From contig CAVTHO010000007.1 of the NCBI GenBank assembly GCA_963734545.1, forward strand, positions 128,001 to 192,000: a stretch of 64,000 bases of DNA. Reading direction: 5' to 3'. Origin of the DNA: an uncultured Spirochaetota bacterium (lineage in GTDB: Bacteria > Spirochaetota > Spirochaetia > SZUA-6 > Fen-1364). Below, in pieces: positions 28,331 through 38,149 of the stretch. A program made the translations under genes and the position numbers. Every line of letters begins with the position of its first letter. Positions within the stretch are counted from its first letter, which is position 1. The notes below the pieces were generated by a model. It was not told the origin of the DNA. It saw only the letters and a program-made list of their open reading frames with translations, and made no database searches.

Positions 28331-28987
28331 GTGCCGGCCGCCAATGAGCAGAACGCCGCGGCCGAGCGGATGGTGAAGCTGCAGCTCGAAAAAAGGGACA
28401 TCAGGGACGCACGTGTGCTGGACGCGATGCGCAGGGTGCCGCGGCATCTCTTCGTCCCTCCCGGAAGCCGGTCGCTCGCCTACGAGGACCACCCCATACC
28501 GATCGGACAAGGCCAGACCATATCCCAGCCGTACATGGTGGCATTCATGACTCAGGCGCTGGAGCTCCGCGGCGGGGAGCGGGTGCTGGAGATCGGCACC
28601 GGAAGCGGCTACCAGACCGCCATCCTGGCGGAGATCTGTCGCGAGGTGTTCTCCATCGAGCGCATCCACGAGCTTGCCGCGGCGGCAGAGAGCGCGCTGA
28701 CGGCACTCGGGTACAGGAACATCAGGCTTCTCGTCGGCGACGGCAGCGAAGGCTGGCCCGCGCAAGCCCCGTTCGACGGCATCCTCGTTGCTGCCGCGGC
28801 CCCTTCCATTCCGCAGAAGCTCCGCGACCAGCTCGCGGACAACGGAGTCATGGTGATCCCCGTGGGAGACTGGCGGCGCACGCAGGAAATCCTTGTGGCA
28901 CGCAGGACAGGGGGCACGGTGACGGTCGAGCGGAGCATCGGGTGCCGTTTCGTGCCCCTGATCGGCGCGGGAGGGTTTCCCGAGTAG
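28331..28987 (+). CDS. pcm: Protein-L-isoaspartate O-methyltransferase
   Basis: VPRHLFV, IGQGQTISQPYMVA, VLEIGTGSGYQTA, APFDGILVAAA. Confidence 0.96.
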   Translation: MPAANEQNAAAERMVKLQLEKRDIRDARVLDAMRRVPRHLFVPPGSRSLAYEDHPIPIGQGQTISQPYMVAFMTQALELRGGERVLEIGTGSGYQTAILAEICREVFSIERIHELAAAAESALTALGYRNIRLLVGDGSEGWPAQAPFDGILVAAAAPSIPQKLRDQLADNGVMVIPVGDWRRTQEILVARRTGGTVTVERSIGCRFVPLIGAGGFPE

Positions 28988-29064
28988 GAGAGAGCGCCTG
29001 TGTCGGCTCACCGCTCAGGTGGGGCGTTGACAAAGGGGGCGCTCCGGCGCCCAATACCTCAACC

Positions 29065-30117
29065 ATGGCATTACCAGTTTTCCGTCCGACCGTGAAGAGG
29101 AAGGACATGGGCAGCGTCCTGTCCTGCATCGTATCCGACAAGATCGGCCCCGGCGAAATATCCCGGGAGCTTGTTGCACGCGCGTGCCACCTGCTGGGAC
29201 ATGCCGGAGGTGTCACGCTCCGCAATTCCTACCTCGCCCTTTCTGTGGCGCTTGAAGCCCTTGGGCTGGGCCCGTCGGACCCGGTCATCCTGCCCGCCCT
29301 TTCTCCCTCCCTCTGGCTGCGCGTGCTCCTGGACAAGGGAATGGTGCCGCTCGTGGCCGATGTCGAGCTCGAATCCGGAACCATCGATCCTCAGCAAGTC
29401 GCTGCTCTGGCGCAGAAGGGGGCAAAGGCCATACTCGTGCCCCACACCCTCGGCATCATCGCCGACATCGAGAGTCTGCGGGCGCACGGGATTCCCCTGC
29501 TGGAAGATGCGTCGCAGGGACTGGGCGGCAGGATCGGGGAGCTTCCCTGCGGCGGCGCGGCGGACATCTGTCTCATCTCCCTGGACCCCGAGGACATCGT
29601 GACCTGCGGCGGCGGCGCGCTCGTCCTGGCCCGGCAGAAACCAGTGGCAGCGGCGCTGCGGAAGACGCAGGAGGGATCGCCGCTGCACTCTCCGCTCATG
29701 GACATGAACGCGGCCCTGGGAATATCGCAGCTCGCGGCGCTGGAGAGCTTTGTCGGCGCCCGTCGGGAAATCGCGCTTGTCTACGGTCAGTCGCTGCTGA
29801 GGTCGCGGCATGCGTCCCTGGTCCAGAAGACACAGAATTCGCCGGGTACGGCGATGCTCGACGCGGAGAGCGTCCTGTCGTCCTTTCCCGTCGCATTGGC
29901 GGACGGCATGAAGGAAGTGCGCCAGTACGCGCTCAAGAAGAACGTCGACACGGCGCCCGCCTTCGCGGACACCATTGCCGCCCTGGAGGAATCTCCGGCA
30001 GCCCACTGCGCCAACGCCCGGTCACTCGTGCTGCGCTGCCTGCTTTTCCCGCTGTACCCCATGCTGGGAAAGCGCGACGTGGAGGCGGTTTGCAAGGTCC
30101 TGGCCACCCTGCCGTAG
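29065..30117 (+). CDS. DegT/DnrJ/EryC1/StrS aminotransferase-like protein lacking the PLP lysine
   Basis: KAILVPHTLG, LLEDASQGLG, AALGISQL, LFPLYPML. The expected SFxxxK motif reads SLDPEDIVTCGGG. Confidence 0.8.
   Translation: MALPVFRPTVKRKDMGSVLSCIVSDKIGPGEISRELVARACHLLGHAGGVTLRNSYLALSVALEALGLGPSDPVILPALSPSLWLRVLLDKGMVPLVADVELESGTIDPQQVAALAQKGAKAILVPHTLGIIADIESLRAHGIPLLEDASQGLGGRIGELPCGGAADICLISLDPEDIVTCGGGALVLARQKPVAAALRKTQEGSPLHSPLMDMNAALGISQLAALESFVGARREIALVYGQSLLRSRHASLVQKTQNSPGTAMLDAESVLSSFPVALADGMKEVRQYALKKNVDTAPAFADTIAALEESPAAHCANARSLVLRCLLFPLYPMLGKRDVEAVCKVLATLP
29833..29856 (-). repeat. Degenerate in-frame 24-bp repeat copy (QNSPGTAM)
   Basis: cagaattcgccgggtacggcgatg is 20/24 identical to 6458-6481. 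Confidence 0.6.
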
Positions 30118-30334
30118 GCAGGGATGCCGAGGGCGAGCGAGGTCAGGGATGGCCTTGAGCGAGCCCGTAGCCCTTCCGCGGTACTCCGCGGAGTTGGATG
30201 GCGAGGGCCGACGAGCACAGGGATGCGCAGCACGCCGAAGGCGTGGGGAGGGCGGCAGGCGGCTGCGGAGCAGACGCCGAGAGCCTGCGAAAGGAGGCCC
30301 GTAGCCCTTCCGCGGTACTCCGCGGAGTGGGATG
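30112..30334 (+). repeat. Second composite GTAG-tagged REP-like element
   Basis: gtaggcagggatgccgag. 38-bp direct repeat at 30163-30200 and 30297-30334 (1 mismatch) containing ccgcgg-tact-ccgcgg. Module 30250-30286 is 36/37 identical to 26936-26972. Confidence 0.88.
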
Positions 30335-30397
30335 TCTATCGCGCCAGATGACGCGCAACTCCGCCAGGAGCGGAAGGCGCGTCGGGCGCGATCAGGC

Positions 30398-30426
30398 TTG
30401 CCAACGCCACGCCCCGCAACTATAGT
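30398..30426 (+). promoter_or_regulatory. Sigma70 promoter of nadK-recN
   Basis: TTGCCA-17 nt-TATAGT, 8 nt before the ATG. Confidence 0.65.
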
Positions 30427-30434
30427 ATGCGCAC

Positions 30435-31298
30435 ATGGCCGTCAAGCGGCGAGAAATCCGTAAGGTACTGACAGTCATCAACTCGCGTAAAGACGACGTG
30501 CAGAGCGTCGTGCGCTCCATAGAGGAGTTCGCGCGGGCGCGGAACATCGACACGGTGTCCCTGGATTTCGCCAACCACGCCAGCGCCAAGAACTTTGCGG
30601 ATGTGGATCTCGCCATCACCCTGGGGGGAGACGGTACGCTCCTTTCCTGCGCGCGCATGCTGGCCGAGCGTGACGTTCCCATCCTCGCGGTCAACATGGG
30701 AGACTTCGGCTTCATCACGGAGGTGTCGAAGAGCGAGCTGATCGACACCTGGGAGAAATTTCTGGACGGACGGCTGCGCGTGAGCGAGCGGCTGATGCTC
30801 TCCGTGGCCGTGTACAGGGACGGCGCGGAGGTCGCGGCGTTTGTCGGCCTCAATGAGGCGGTGATCGGCATCAAGGGAATCTCCCGCATGATCCGGCTGA
30901 AGGTCTACCTCTCGGATACCTACATGGGCCGCTACCGCGCGGACGGAGTCATCGTGGCCACGCCGACCGGCTCAACGGCGTATTCCATGGCCGCCGGCGG
31001 GCCGATCCTGCACCCGGAGATGGAAGCCTTCATCCTCACGCCCATCTGCCCCTTCACGCTCTCCAACAGGCCTACGGTCGTCCCCGCCACGGAAATCCTC
31101 CGCATCGAGGTGGAGGAGCCGCAGAAAGTGGAGACGGTGCTGACCATGGACGGCCAGGAGTCACTGCCCCTCCTGCCCCGGGACAGTCTCCTCGTCCGCC
31201 GGGCGCCGCACAAGGCACGCATCGTGCATACGGACAAGCGAACGTTCTACGAGGTCCTCCGGAGGAAGCTCAACTGGACGGGGGAGCCCAATGCTTGA
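30435..31298 (+). CDS. nadK: NAD kinase
   Basis: LGGDGTLL, LNEAV, ADGVIVATPTGSTAYSMAAGGP, TPICP. Confidence 0.96.
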   Translation: MAVKRREIRKVLTVINSRKDDVQSVVRSIEEFARARNIDTVSLDFANHASAKNFADVDLAITLGGDGTLLSCARMLAERDVPILAVNMGDFGFITEVSKSELIDTWEKFLDGRLRVSERLMLSVAVYRDGAEVAAFVGLNEAVIGIKGISRMIRLKVYLSDTYMGRYRADGVIVATPTGSTAYSMAAGGPILHPEMEAFILTPICPFTLSNRPTVVPATEILRIEVEEPQKVETVLTMDGQESLPLLPRDSLLVRRAPHKARIVHTDKRTFYEVLRRKLNWTGEPNA

Positions 31299-32994
31299 AG
31301 AGCTGCACGTCCACAACTACGCCATCATCGACAAGCTGCAGGTGCGCTTCACCAATGGTCTGAACATCCTGAGCGGGGAAACAGGCGCGGGCAAGTCCAT
31401 CCTTGTCGGGGCGCTCGGTCTTCTGCTGGGGGACAAGACCGACACGTCCATCATCCGCTCAGGCGCGGAGGAGACCACCGTGTCCGGCATCGTGTCCGTG
31501 TCGGGGAACACGGAGGCGGCCCAATGGCTTGCCGCGCACGGCATCGAGGCGGAGGAGGGCGGCGTCATCCTGCGCCGGATGCTGAAGTCCAACGGCAGGG
31601 GTTCGCTCTTCATTCAGTCCACGCCGGTCACGCGCGCGGACCTTCACGAGTTCTCCACGCTTCTGTTCGACCTTCACGGCCAGCACGAGCACCAGTCGCT
31701 GCTGGACCTGGAAAACCACCGCAGGCTTGTGGACCGCTGGTCCGGCACCGAGCAGCTCGCGGAGCGCTTTCACGCGCTCTACGCGTCTCTGGCGTCACTG
31801 CGCGAGCGCCTTTCCAAGCTCGTGAGCGACGAGCGCGAGCGGCTGCGGCGGATCGACCTTCTCTCCTACGCGGTCACCGAGATCAAGGCACTTGACCCGA
31901 AGCCCGGTGAAGAGGAAGAGCTGGAGAAGGAGCTCGCCATCCTCGTCCATCACGAGAAGCTTTTCACGCTGCTGGAGGAGGTGCACTCCCAGACTGCGGA
32001 GAGCGCCGGAGGAGTGCTGGCCAGCCTGCGCAGGAGCCGGCATGCCATGGACGAGATCCTCGGAATCGACAGCTCGCTCTCCAAGCTCTCCCACCAGCTC
32101 GAGGACGCGTTCTACGAGATCGAGGACTTCTCGGAGAACATACGCCAGTACAAGTCGAGGGCGGACTTCAGCCCCGGCCGGCTGGATGACGTGCAGTCGC
32201 GGCTCTCGTCCATCCGCGCGCTGGAGAAGAAGTACGGAGACACGATCGAGGCGGTCCTCGAGTATTGCCGCACCGGTGAACAGGAGCTGGCCGGCATGGA
32301 GAACTGGGAACAGGAGAAAAAGAACCTCGAGACGGACATCGCCCGGACGGAGAAAGAGATTGCGGAGGTGGCCCGCGAGCTCTCCGAAAAACGCAAGGCG
32401 GCGAGCCAGGTTCTCCAGAAGAAGATAGAGCAGGAGCTTCGCGAGCTGGGCATGCCCAAGGTGAGCTTCCGCGTGCTGATCGCGGACGCGGCCCGGGCGG
32501 ACGGCGTGGCCGTGCTGACTCCCTGGGGAAGGGACTCGATCGAGTTCGTCATCTCTCCCAATCTGGGGGAACCCTTCAAACGGCTGCGCTCAATCGCATC
32601 CGGCGGAGAGCTGTCACGCGTCATGCTCGCCATCAAGGGAGTCCTTGCGGAATCCGACCACGTGAGCACGCTGATCTTCGACGAGGTGGACGCGGGTATC
32701 GGCGGCGAGGTGGCCCTGTCCGTCGGGCAGCGTCTTTCGGCCATTTCCCGGCACAAGCAGGTGCTTTCCATTACACATCTCGCCACCATCGCCGTTCGCG
32801 CCGATAATCATCTCAAGATCGAGAAGGTGACGCAGGGGGGGCGCACGGTGACAAAGGTGGAGAGAGTCACGGGCTCCACGCGGCGGGAAGAGATCGCGCG
32901 GATGCTGGCGGGGGACAGGAAAGGGGAGCTTTCACTCCAGCACGCGGGTGAGCTCCTTTCGAAATATGGACCTGAAAAGGACAAGGGCGGATGA
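31291..32994 (+). CDS. recN: DNA repair protein RecN
   Basis: SGETGAGKSIL, DLHGQHEHQSLL, IASGGELSRVMLA, LIFDEVDAGIGG. Confidence 0.97.
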   Translation: MLEELHVHNYAIIDKLQVRFTNGLNILSGETGAGKSILVGALGLLLGDKTDTSIIRSGAEETTVSGIVSVSGNTEAAQWLAAHGIEAEEGGVILRRMLKSNGRGSLFIQSTPVTRADLHEFSTLLFDLHGQHEHQSLLDLENHRRLVDRWSGTEQLAERFHALYASLASLRERLSKLVSDERERLRRIDLLSYAVTEIKALDPKPGEEEELEKELAILVHHEKLFTLLEEVHSQTAESAGGVLASLRRSRHAMDEILGIDSSLSKLSHQLEDAFYEIEDFSENIRQYKSRADFSPGRLDDVQSRLSSIRALEKKYGDTIEAVLEYCRTGEQELAGMENWEQEKKNLETDIARTEKEIAEVARELSEKRKAASQVLQKKIEQELRELGMPKVSFRVLIADAARADGVAVLTPWGRDSIEFVISPNLGEPFKRLRSIASGGELSRVMLAIKGVLAESDHVSTLIFDEVDAGIGGEVALSVGQRLSAISRHKQVLSITHLATIAVRADNHLKIEKVTQGGRTVTKVERVTGSTRREEIARMLAGDRKGELSLQHAGELLSKYGPEKDKGG

Positions 32995-33800
32995 GGAAAC
33001 CCAGCGACGAAGCCAGGCACCGGTATACCGAATACATCAAGGACTACAAGAACAACATCGAATCGGTATTGGAGAAGGAAAGGAAGATCAAGGAACAGAT
33101 CGCCAAGACGCCCGAAGGAGCTAATTATCAGAAGCTCGCCCTTGCGGACGACAACCTCAATATCGTCGCCAACTACCTCCTGATGAGCTCCCTCTCCACG
33201 TCGTTCCTGGGCGTCAAGAACGAGCTGTACCTCAGCGAAGCCCGCAAGTGCATCTACAAGGCCCTCGTCTACCTCGAGGAGATCGTTTCCGCGGTGATCG
33301 ACGCGCCGTTTTCAGAATACGAGGCGGGGCTGGAGACCATCTCCACATTTTCCGACGAGAACCGCTACAACCTCGTGCGCAAGCTCGGATTCACAATCGA
33401 CTCCCTGGAAGAGGGGTACGGCGAGAACTCCAAGTGGAAGTGGTCTTTCGTGGAGCTGGAAGGCAGGTTTGCCGCCGTGACGAAGAACCTGCTGAACCTG
33501 AAGACGTTCGTCGGCAGCATGGACCCCCGCTCGGAAGGATACGACGCGCGGATGTCGCACCTCAGCCTTGCCAAGGAGCTTCTCCAGCAGGCGGCGGACC
33601 GGTACCGGGAGAAGTACGAGCTCTCCACTTTACGCATCGACGACATCAAGGTGGGCATCAATTTCCTGACCGCGGTGAGAAGGCTGCACATCGTGCTCGG
33701 TGAAGCCGACCACGCCGACGTGGTGAAGAAGAAGGCGGAAATCTGGCGCACCAAGATGGAGAATGACCTCAAGAAATCAGAGGAGTCGGCAAAGCGATAG
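32991..33800 (+). CDS. Hypothetical helical protein, translationally coupled to recN
   Basis: 269-aa ORF with native codon usage and ATGA overlap with the recN stop. Confidence 0.75.
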   Translation: MRKPSDEARHRYTEYIKDYKNNIESVLEKERKIKEQIAKTPEGANYQKLALADDNLNIVANYLLMSSLSTSFLGVKNELYLSEARKCIYKALVYLEEIVSAVIDAPFSEYEAGLETISTFSDENRYNLVRKLGFTIDSLEEGYGENSKWKWSFVELEGRFAAVTKNLLNLKTFVGSMDPRSEGYDARMSHLSLAKELLQQAADRYREKYELSTLRIDDIKVGINFLTAVRRLHIVLGEADHADVVKKKAEIWRTKMENDLKKSEESAKR

Positions 33801-33826
33801 CGCGCCGCCCGGCGGATTCTGCCCTG

Positions 33827-34340
33827 TCAGTGCGTGGGCGCCGGGCCTTTCTCTCCTGTCGTGTCCTTCAGCCCATGCAGAGAATCCCTGGGGATCAGCT
33901 CGCCGATCGTGGTCGTCAGGTACTTTCCGTCCCTGCCCGCATAGTACACGGGCGTCTCCGGCGGGCAGAACTCGCTGAGCGCCTGCCGGCATGCGCCGCA
34001 GGGAGAGACCGGCGCGTCGGCGGCAGGGCAGAATACCGCGACCGCGCGGAAGCTCGTCTTGCCCTGTGAGACGGCGGCGAAGAGCGCGCTTCTCTCCGCG
34101 CAATTGCTGAGACCGAACGACCTGTTCTCCACGTTCGCGCCCGTCACGATGCTTCCATCCGCGCACAGGAGCGCGGCGCCGACGGGGAACCGCGAGTAGG
34201 GCGAGTAGGTGAAGCGTGCCGCGTCACGCGCCCTGCCGATCAGCTCACTCTGCAGAGGGATTCTGCGCTGACGTACTCGGCGGATTCTGCGCTGACGTAC
34301 TCGGCGGATTCTGCGCCGATGTATCCGGCGGATTCTGCAT
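33827..34340 (-). CDS. cdd: Cytidine deaminase with repeat-derived N-terminal extension (1-base frameshift near 34258)
   Basis: YSPYSRFPVGAALL, GANVEN, CAERSA, SPCGACRQ. SD GGAGG and ATG at 34340 are one base out of frame. Confidence 0.9.
34258..34339. repeat. Tandem array of about 3.4 x 24-bp units
   Basis: ggattctgcgctgacgtactcggc x2, then ggattctgcgccgatgtatccggc and ggattctgca. Confidence 0.92.
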
Positions 34341-34368
34341 TGACAGACACCTCCCTGGCGACTACCAT
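34340..34368 (+). promoter_or_regulatory. Sigma70 promoter overlapping the cdd start (divergent)
   Basis: TTGACA-17 nt-TACCAT. Confidence 0.65.
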
Positions 34369-34393
34369 GGCGCGAGCCGAAGGAACGACGATA

Positions 34394-35505
34394 TTGGCAT
34401 TTTCCGTCAAAAAGAAACGACCAGCGCGCGTCTTCTTCGTCGCACTCATCGTCATCGTACTGTATTTCGTCCTCTTTCCCTATCCCCTGGGACGCGAGAT
34501 CGTTGCGAAGCCCGTCTGGTCAGTGACCTTACCGGATCCTTCGGCGCCGAATCCGCCGAGTACGTCGGCGCAGGCGCCTGACGGCGCAAAGACGACTGCC
34601 GCGCCCTTTCAGCTCGGTGACCTTTTCGGCTATGTCGGCGGCAGACGGGGGTATCCTGCATGCGGAGAAGGCGCTCTTCCGGGTGGCGCTTTCCGAGGCG
34701 GGATTCGTGAACTACACCCGGCTGGGAACGAACTGGATTCTCCAGAATACGCGGGGCGCGCGCGTCTTCCGCTTTTCAGGCTTTGGCTATCCCCTTCTGA
34801 GCAGGGACGGCAGAAGGATATTCATCCTCAAAGCCGATCTGAGCGGCATCATCGAGCTCGACCGGGCAGGTGATATGCTGTGGAGCAGGGATTTTTCCGC
34901 GCTCCTGACCAGCGTGTCCGTGCCGGGGGACTCTCTGCTGGTCGGTCTGCTGAACGGAACTCTTCTCCTTTTGGACGAGCCGGGGATCACCGGTGTACGA
35001 ACAGGTGATGGGGGGGAGCCGTCTCCCCGTGATACTCGGTGCCGCGGTCTCGACGGACGGCTCGCTCATGGCTTCGGTCTCCGGCATCGCTCCTCAATTC
35101 CTGACCGTGCTGCGCCGGCAGGGCTCGGGCTACGGGGAGATCGCGAAGGAGGTTCTTGCGTCGGATTTCCGCCGCGAAGCGCGGGTGAGTTTTTCCCCCG
35201 ACTCGCGCTACCTGCTCGTCGAGGGCGAGCGAGCCGCGGGAGTTTTCGATCCCGCTGCCCCGCGGCTCGCCTGGCTGCCCCTGCCGGGGGGCCTTGCGGA
35301 GGTGGCCTTCCCGGGCGGCGGCCGGTTCACCGCCGTGGCTGCGCACAGCGGCACGCTCGTGCAGCTCCGAGTCGTTCGTCCCTTCACTTCCCCGATCATC
35401 GACGCGACCTTCTCCGCGCAGCAGCTCTTTCTCGGGACCGTCGAAGGGGATCTCCTCCTGGGAATGGATGGCCGGCTGCTCAGGATAGGGATGGTGGAGC
35501 TCTGA
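34394..35505 (+). CDS. Membrane-anchored beta-propeller-like protein (frameshifts near 34641 and 34980)
   Basis: N-terminal TM, then three consecutive frames (34319, 34617, 34993) with WD-like motifs (SRDGRRIF, STDGSLMA, FSPDSRYL). TTG start. Confidence 0.7.
34541..34570 (-). repeat. In-frame repeat copy (SAPNPPSTSA)
   Basis: tcggcgccgaatccgccgagtacgtcggcg matches the cdd array and the hyfF copy. Confidence 0.8.
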
Positions 35506-36385
35506 TGAGGATGAGGCGGCTCCGTCGGTTGCTCTTTCCGCGGCTCTCCTGCTCCCGATCCTGCCGCTTGGCGCGCTTGACTGGCCCGTGAAGGACAGGA
35601 TTCTCACCGGCACCTTCGGTGAGGACCGGGGCGACCATTTCCACCTCGGGATAGACATCGGCGGCGGTGAGCAGGAAGTACGCCCTGTGCTCGGCGGCGA
35701 GCTCCTGTTCCGCTACGACGAGGGAGACAGCTATACCTCCGTTCCGCGGGGTGTGGGCAGTTTCGTGGTGCTGCACCACAGCCAGGACATCCTCTCCTTC
35801 TACTTCCACCTCGCCAACGGAAGCCTCGGTCCCGTCCGCACGGCCTACTCGCCCTCGGACAGGATCGGAATTATCGGAGACTCGGGACACTCGGAGGGAA
35901 AACACCTGCATTTTTCCGTGTATGACGAGGAGACCGGCTCCTGGATCAACCCCCTCTCGATCCTTCCCCCCATACCCGATGCCCAGCCGCCGGTGATAAA
36001 ACGGGTCCTGCTTTCTGTCGGGGACCAGATCCAGCCGCTGGCAAACGGCGTGACGGTACGGCCGGGGCACGGGGAAATTCTCGCGGAGGTGTACGATCTT
36101 CGCGAAGACGTGAAATTTCATTGGCCCCTCGCGCCGTACAGCGTGAGGTTCAGCCTCGACGGCAAGGAAGTGGCGAGGATCCTCTTCGACTCCCTCCAGG
36201 CGCGTGCGGGCCGCATGGTCGTCGGCGCAGCCGGCCTTACCAGGGAGAACGTGTACCGAGGGGAAGGCCTGCTGCGCTGCGGGACCGTGGAGCTGCGCGC
36301 CGGCGAATCTCGGCTGCACCTTGCCGTCCGTGATTTCGCCGGCAACGAAGCGGTGCGGGACATACCGTTCACCGTGGCCGAATAA
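35505..36385 (+). CDS. M23 family peptidase (frameshift in signal peptide near 35537)
   Basis: DWPV, HFHLGIDI (HxxxD), YFHL, HLHF, INPL. Confidence 0.88.
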
Positions 36386-36395
36386 GGAGGCGCAC

Positions 36396-37239
36396 ATGCC
36401 GAAGACCTACTCCTCGGCACCGGGCGCGGAGCGCCAGGAGACCATTCCGTGTCCCGGCTGCGGCGGCTCCCGCGCGACACGGATGCTGGCCTGTGACGGA
36501 TTCGCATTCGTGCGCTGCGGCGGCTGTTCTCTGGTCTACCAGAACCCGCGACCGGTTTTCGAAGACGTGCGCAAGCGGTACGCAGGGCAGTACTTCGCCT
36601 ATGAGCTGGAGAATGAACGCAACTTTTTCGGCCTGATGCGGCTGGGGCTCGGCGATATCGGGTTCGAAACCCTTGCGCGAAGCCTTCCCGCGCCGCGCTC
36701 ATTCCTCGATATCGGCTGCGCCACGGGAATGCTCATCGAATCGATGAAGGGGGAGGGATGGGACGCGAGCGGGGTGGATGTGTGTCGAGAGTCGGCCGAG
36801 TACGGAATGGCCCATCGGGGAGTCACCATCTTCGTCGGCACCCTCGAGGAGGCGGAATTCCCTGCTGAATCCTTTTCCGTCGTTCATTTCTCTCACCTCA
36901 TAGAGCACGTCCCCGATCCACGGGCGTTCCTGGGTGAAGTCAGGCGGATACTGAAGCCGCAGGGGTACGCGATCATCACCACTCCCAACGTGGACGGCTT
37001 CCAGGCGCGGCTTTTCGGCAGCGGGTGGAGGTCCGCAATTGCCGACCATCTGACCCTGTTTTCCAAGCGTACACTTGGAAAAATGATACTCTGAATCTGG
37101 CTTCGAAATTCGGCAAACCGTCACCTGGGGGGGGCTCGCGGTGGGAACAGCGCCGGGTTTTGTCAAGAAACCAATTGACTGGCTTTCAAAGAAGTGCGGA
37201 TTTGGCGATGTTGTTCTTTTCTTAGCGGCGAAACGTTGA
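36396..37239 (+). CDS. Class I SAM-dependent methyltransferase with N-terminal Zn ribbon (frameshift near 37091)
   Basis: CPGC..CGGC, FLDIGCATG, HLIEHVPDP, ITTPN. It continues in another frame as ESGFEIRQTVTWGG to TGA at 37239. Confidence 0.85.
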
Positions 37240-37250
37240 GCTGCGACCCT

Positions 37251-37556
37251 TTATTTCTCTACGGAGATCAGTGTATCGAACTTTATCATCTGAAAGGTCT
37301 TGAAAAGCGTTTCGCTGCATCCGCGGATCTGCAGCGTCCGTTCTCTTTCCGCGAGCTGCTTTCGAAACAACAGTATTTTGCCAAGTGCCGATGAGTTTAT
37401 GCTCGGCGTCTTGGAGAGATCGAGTGTTATCCTGCTCCAGTTCCCCGCGGAGAGCTCTTCGACCTTTTTCTGGAACTCATTCGTGGTCTCGCCGGTCAAG
37501 GAGCCGATTACCGAAAGGACCACCTCGTCTTTGGAGACACTCTTCTGGTCAAACAT
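37251..37556 (-). CDS. STAS domain anti-sigma factor antagonist
   Basis: ITLDLSKTPSINSSALGKIL (phosphorylatable Ser motif), 101 aa. Confidence 0.88.
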   Translation of the reverse strand: MFDQKSVSKDEVVLSVIGSLTGETTNEFQKKVEELSAGNWSRITLDLSKTPSINSSALGKILLFRKQLAERERTLQIRGCSETLFKTFQMIKFDTLISVEK

Positions 37557-37559
37557 GGC

Positions 37560-37808
37560 TCATTCCCCTCTTCTCATCGCGCTCTCCAGCTCGGGCCGGG
37601 TGACAAGCTCCAGGTGGTAGCTGACCTGATCGGAATGCCGTTCCGCCTGGGTTGAAACCTTCCACACGCGATACACGATCATTTTCGCACTCGGCAGTGG
37701 GAGGGCGAGCGGATTGCCGTTCAAGTCCACGAGCTGGTTCACCCGGAGCTCGTGCTCGATCTCCCTGCTGTCTCCTTCCGGATAGACGATAAAGATCGTT
37801 CGCTCCAC
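37560..37808 (-). CDS. Small hypothetical protein
   Basis: 82-aa ORF with natural composition, co-directional with its neighbours. Confidence 0.65.
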   Translation of the reverse strand: MERTIFIVYPEGDSREIEHELRVNQLVDLNGNPLALPLPSAKMIVYRVWKVSTQAERHSDQVSYHLELVTRPELESAMRRGE

Positions 37809-37867
37809 CTACCGGCATTCTATCCACGTTGCGGTGAGATATCAATCCCGGCTCGCGGCCGGGAACG

Positions 37868-38149
37868 CTATTCGGCATCTTCGAGGAGGGAAAAGGGCAT
37901 TACTTTTCCTGTAGCATTATCCGGCAGCTCCTCGATCAGGACGACGGTCTGGAACGGGATCATCAGGTGATCGGCCCTCCCGAAGGTCTTTCGAGTCTCC
38001 TCTTCCCCGGGGTTGATCACGAGCTTCTGTTCGGTCGAGAAGACGAGGTTCTTTATCGAGACAAAGTAGGGGTGGGTGAGGTCGAGGCTCCTCGCCATCA
38101 ACTCCACTTCCTTTTCTTTCCATTTGAAGTGAACACGATAAAGGGACAC
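37868..38149 (-). CDS. DUF1820-like small protein
   Basis: LYRVHF...ELMARSL...FVSI..LVF...VINPGEE...IP...V.LIEE pattern. Confidence 0.65.
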   Translation of the reverse strand: MSLYRVHFKWKEKEVELMARSLDLTHPYFVSIKNLVFSTEQKLVINPGEEETRKTFGRADHLMIPFQTVVLIEELPDNATGKVMPFSLLEDAE

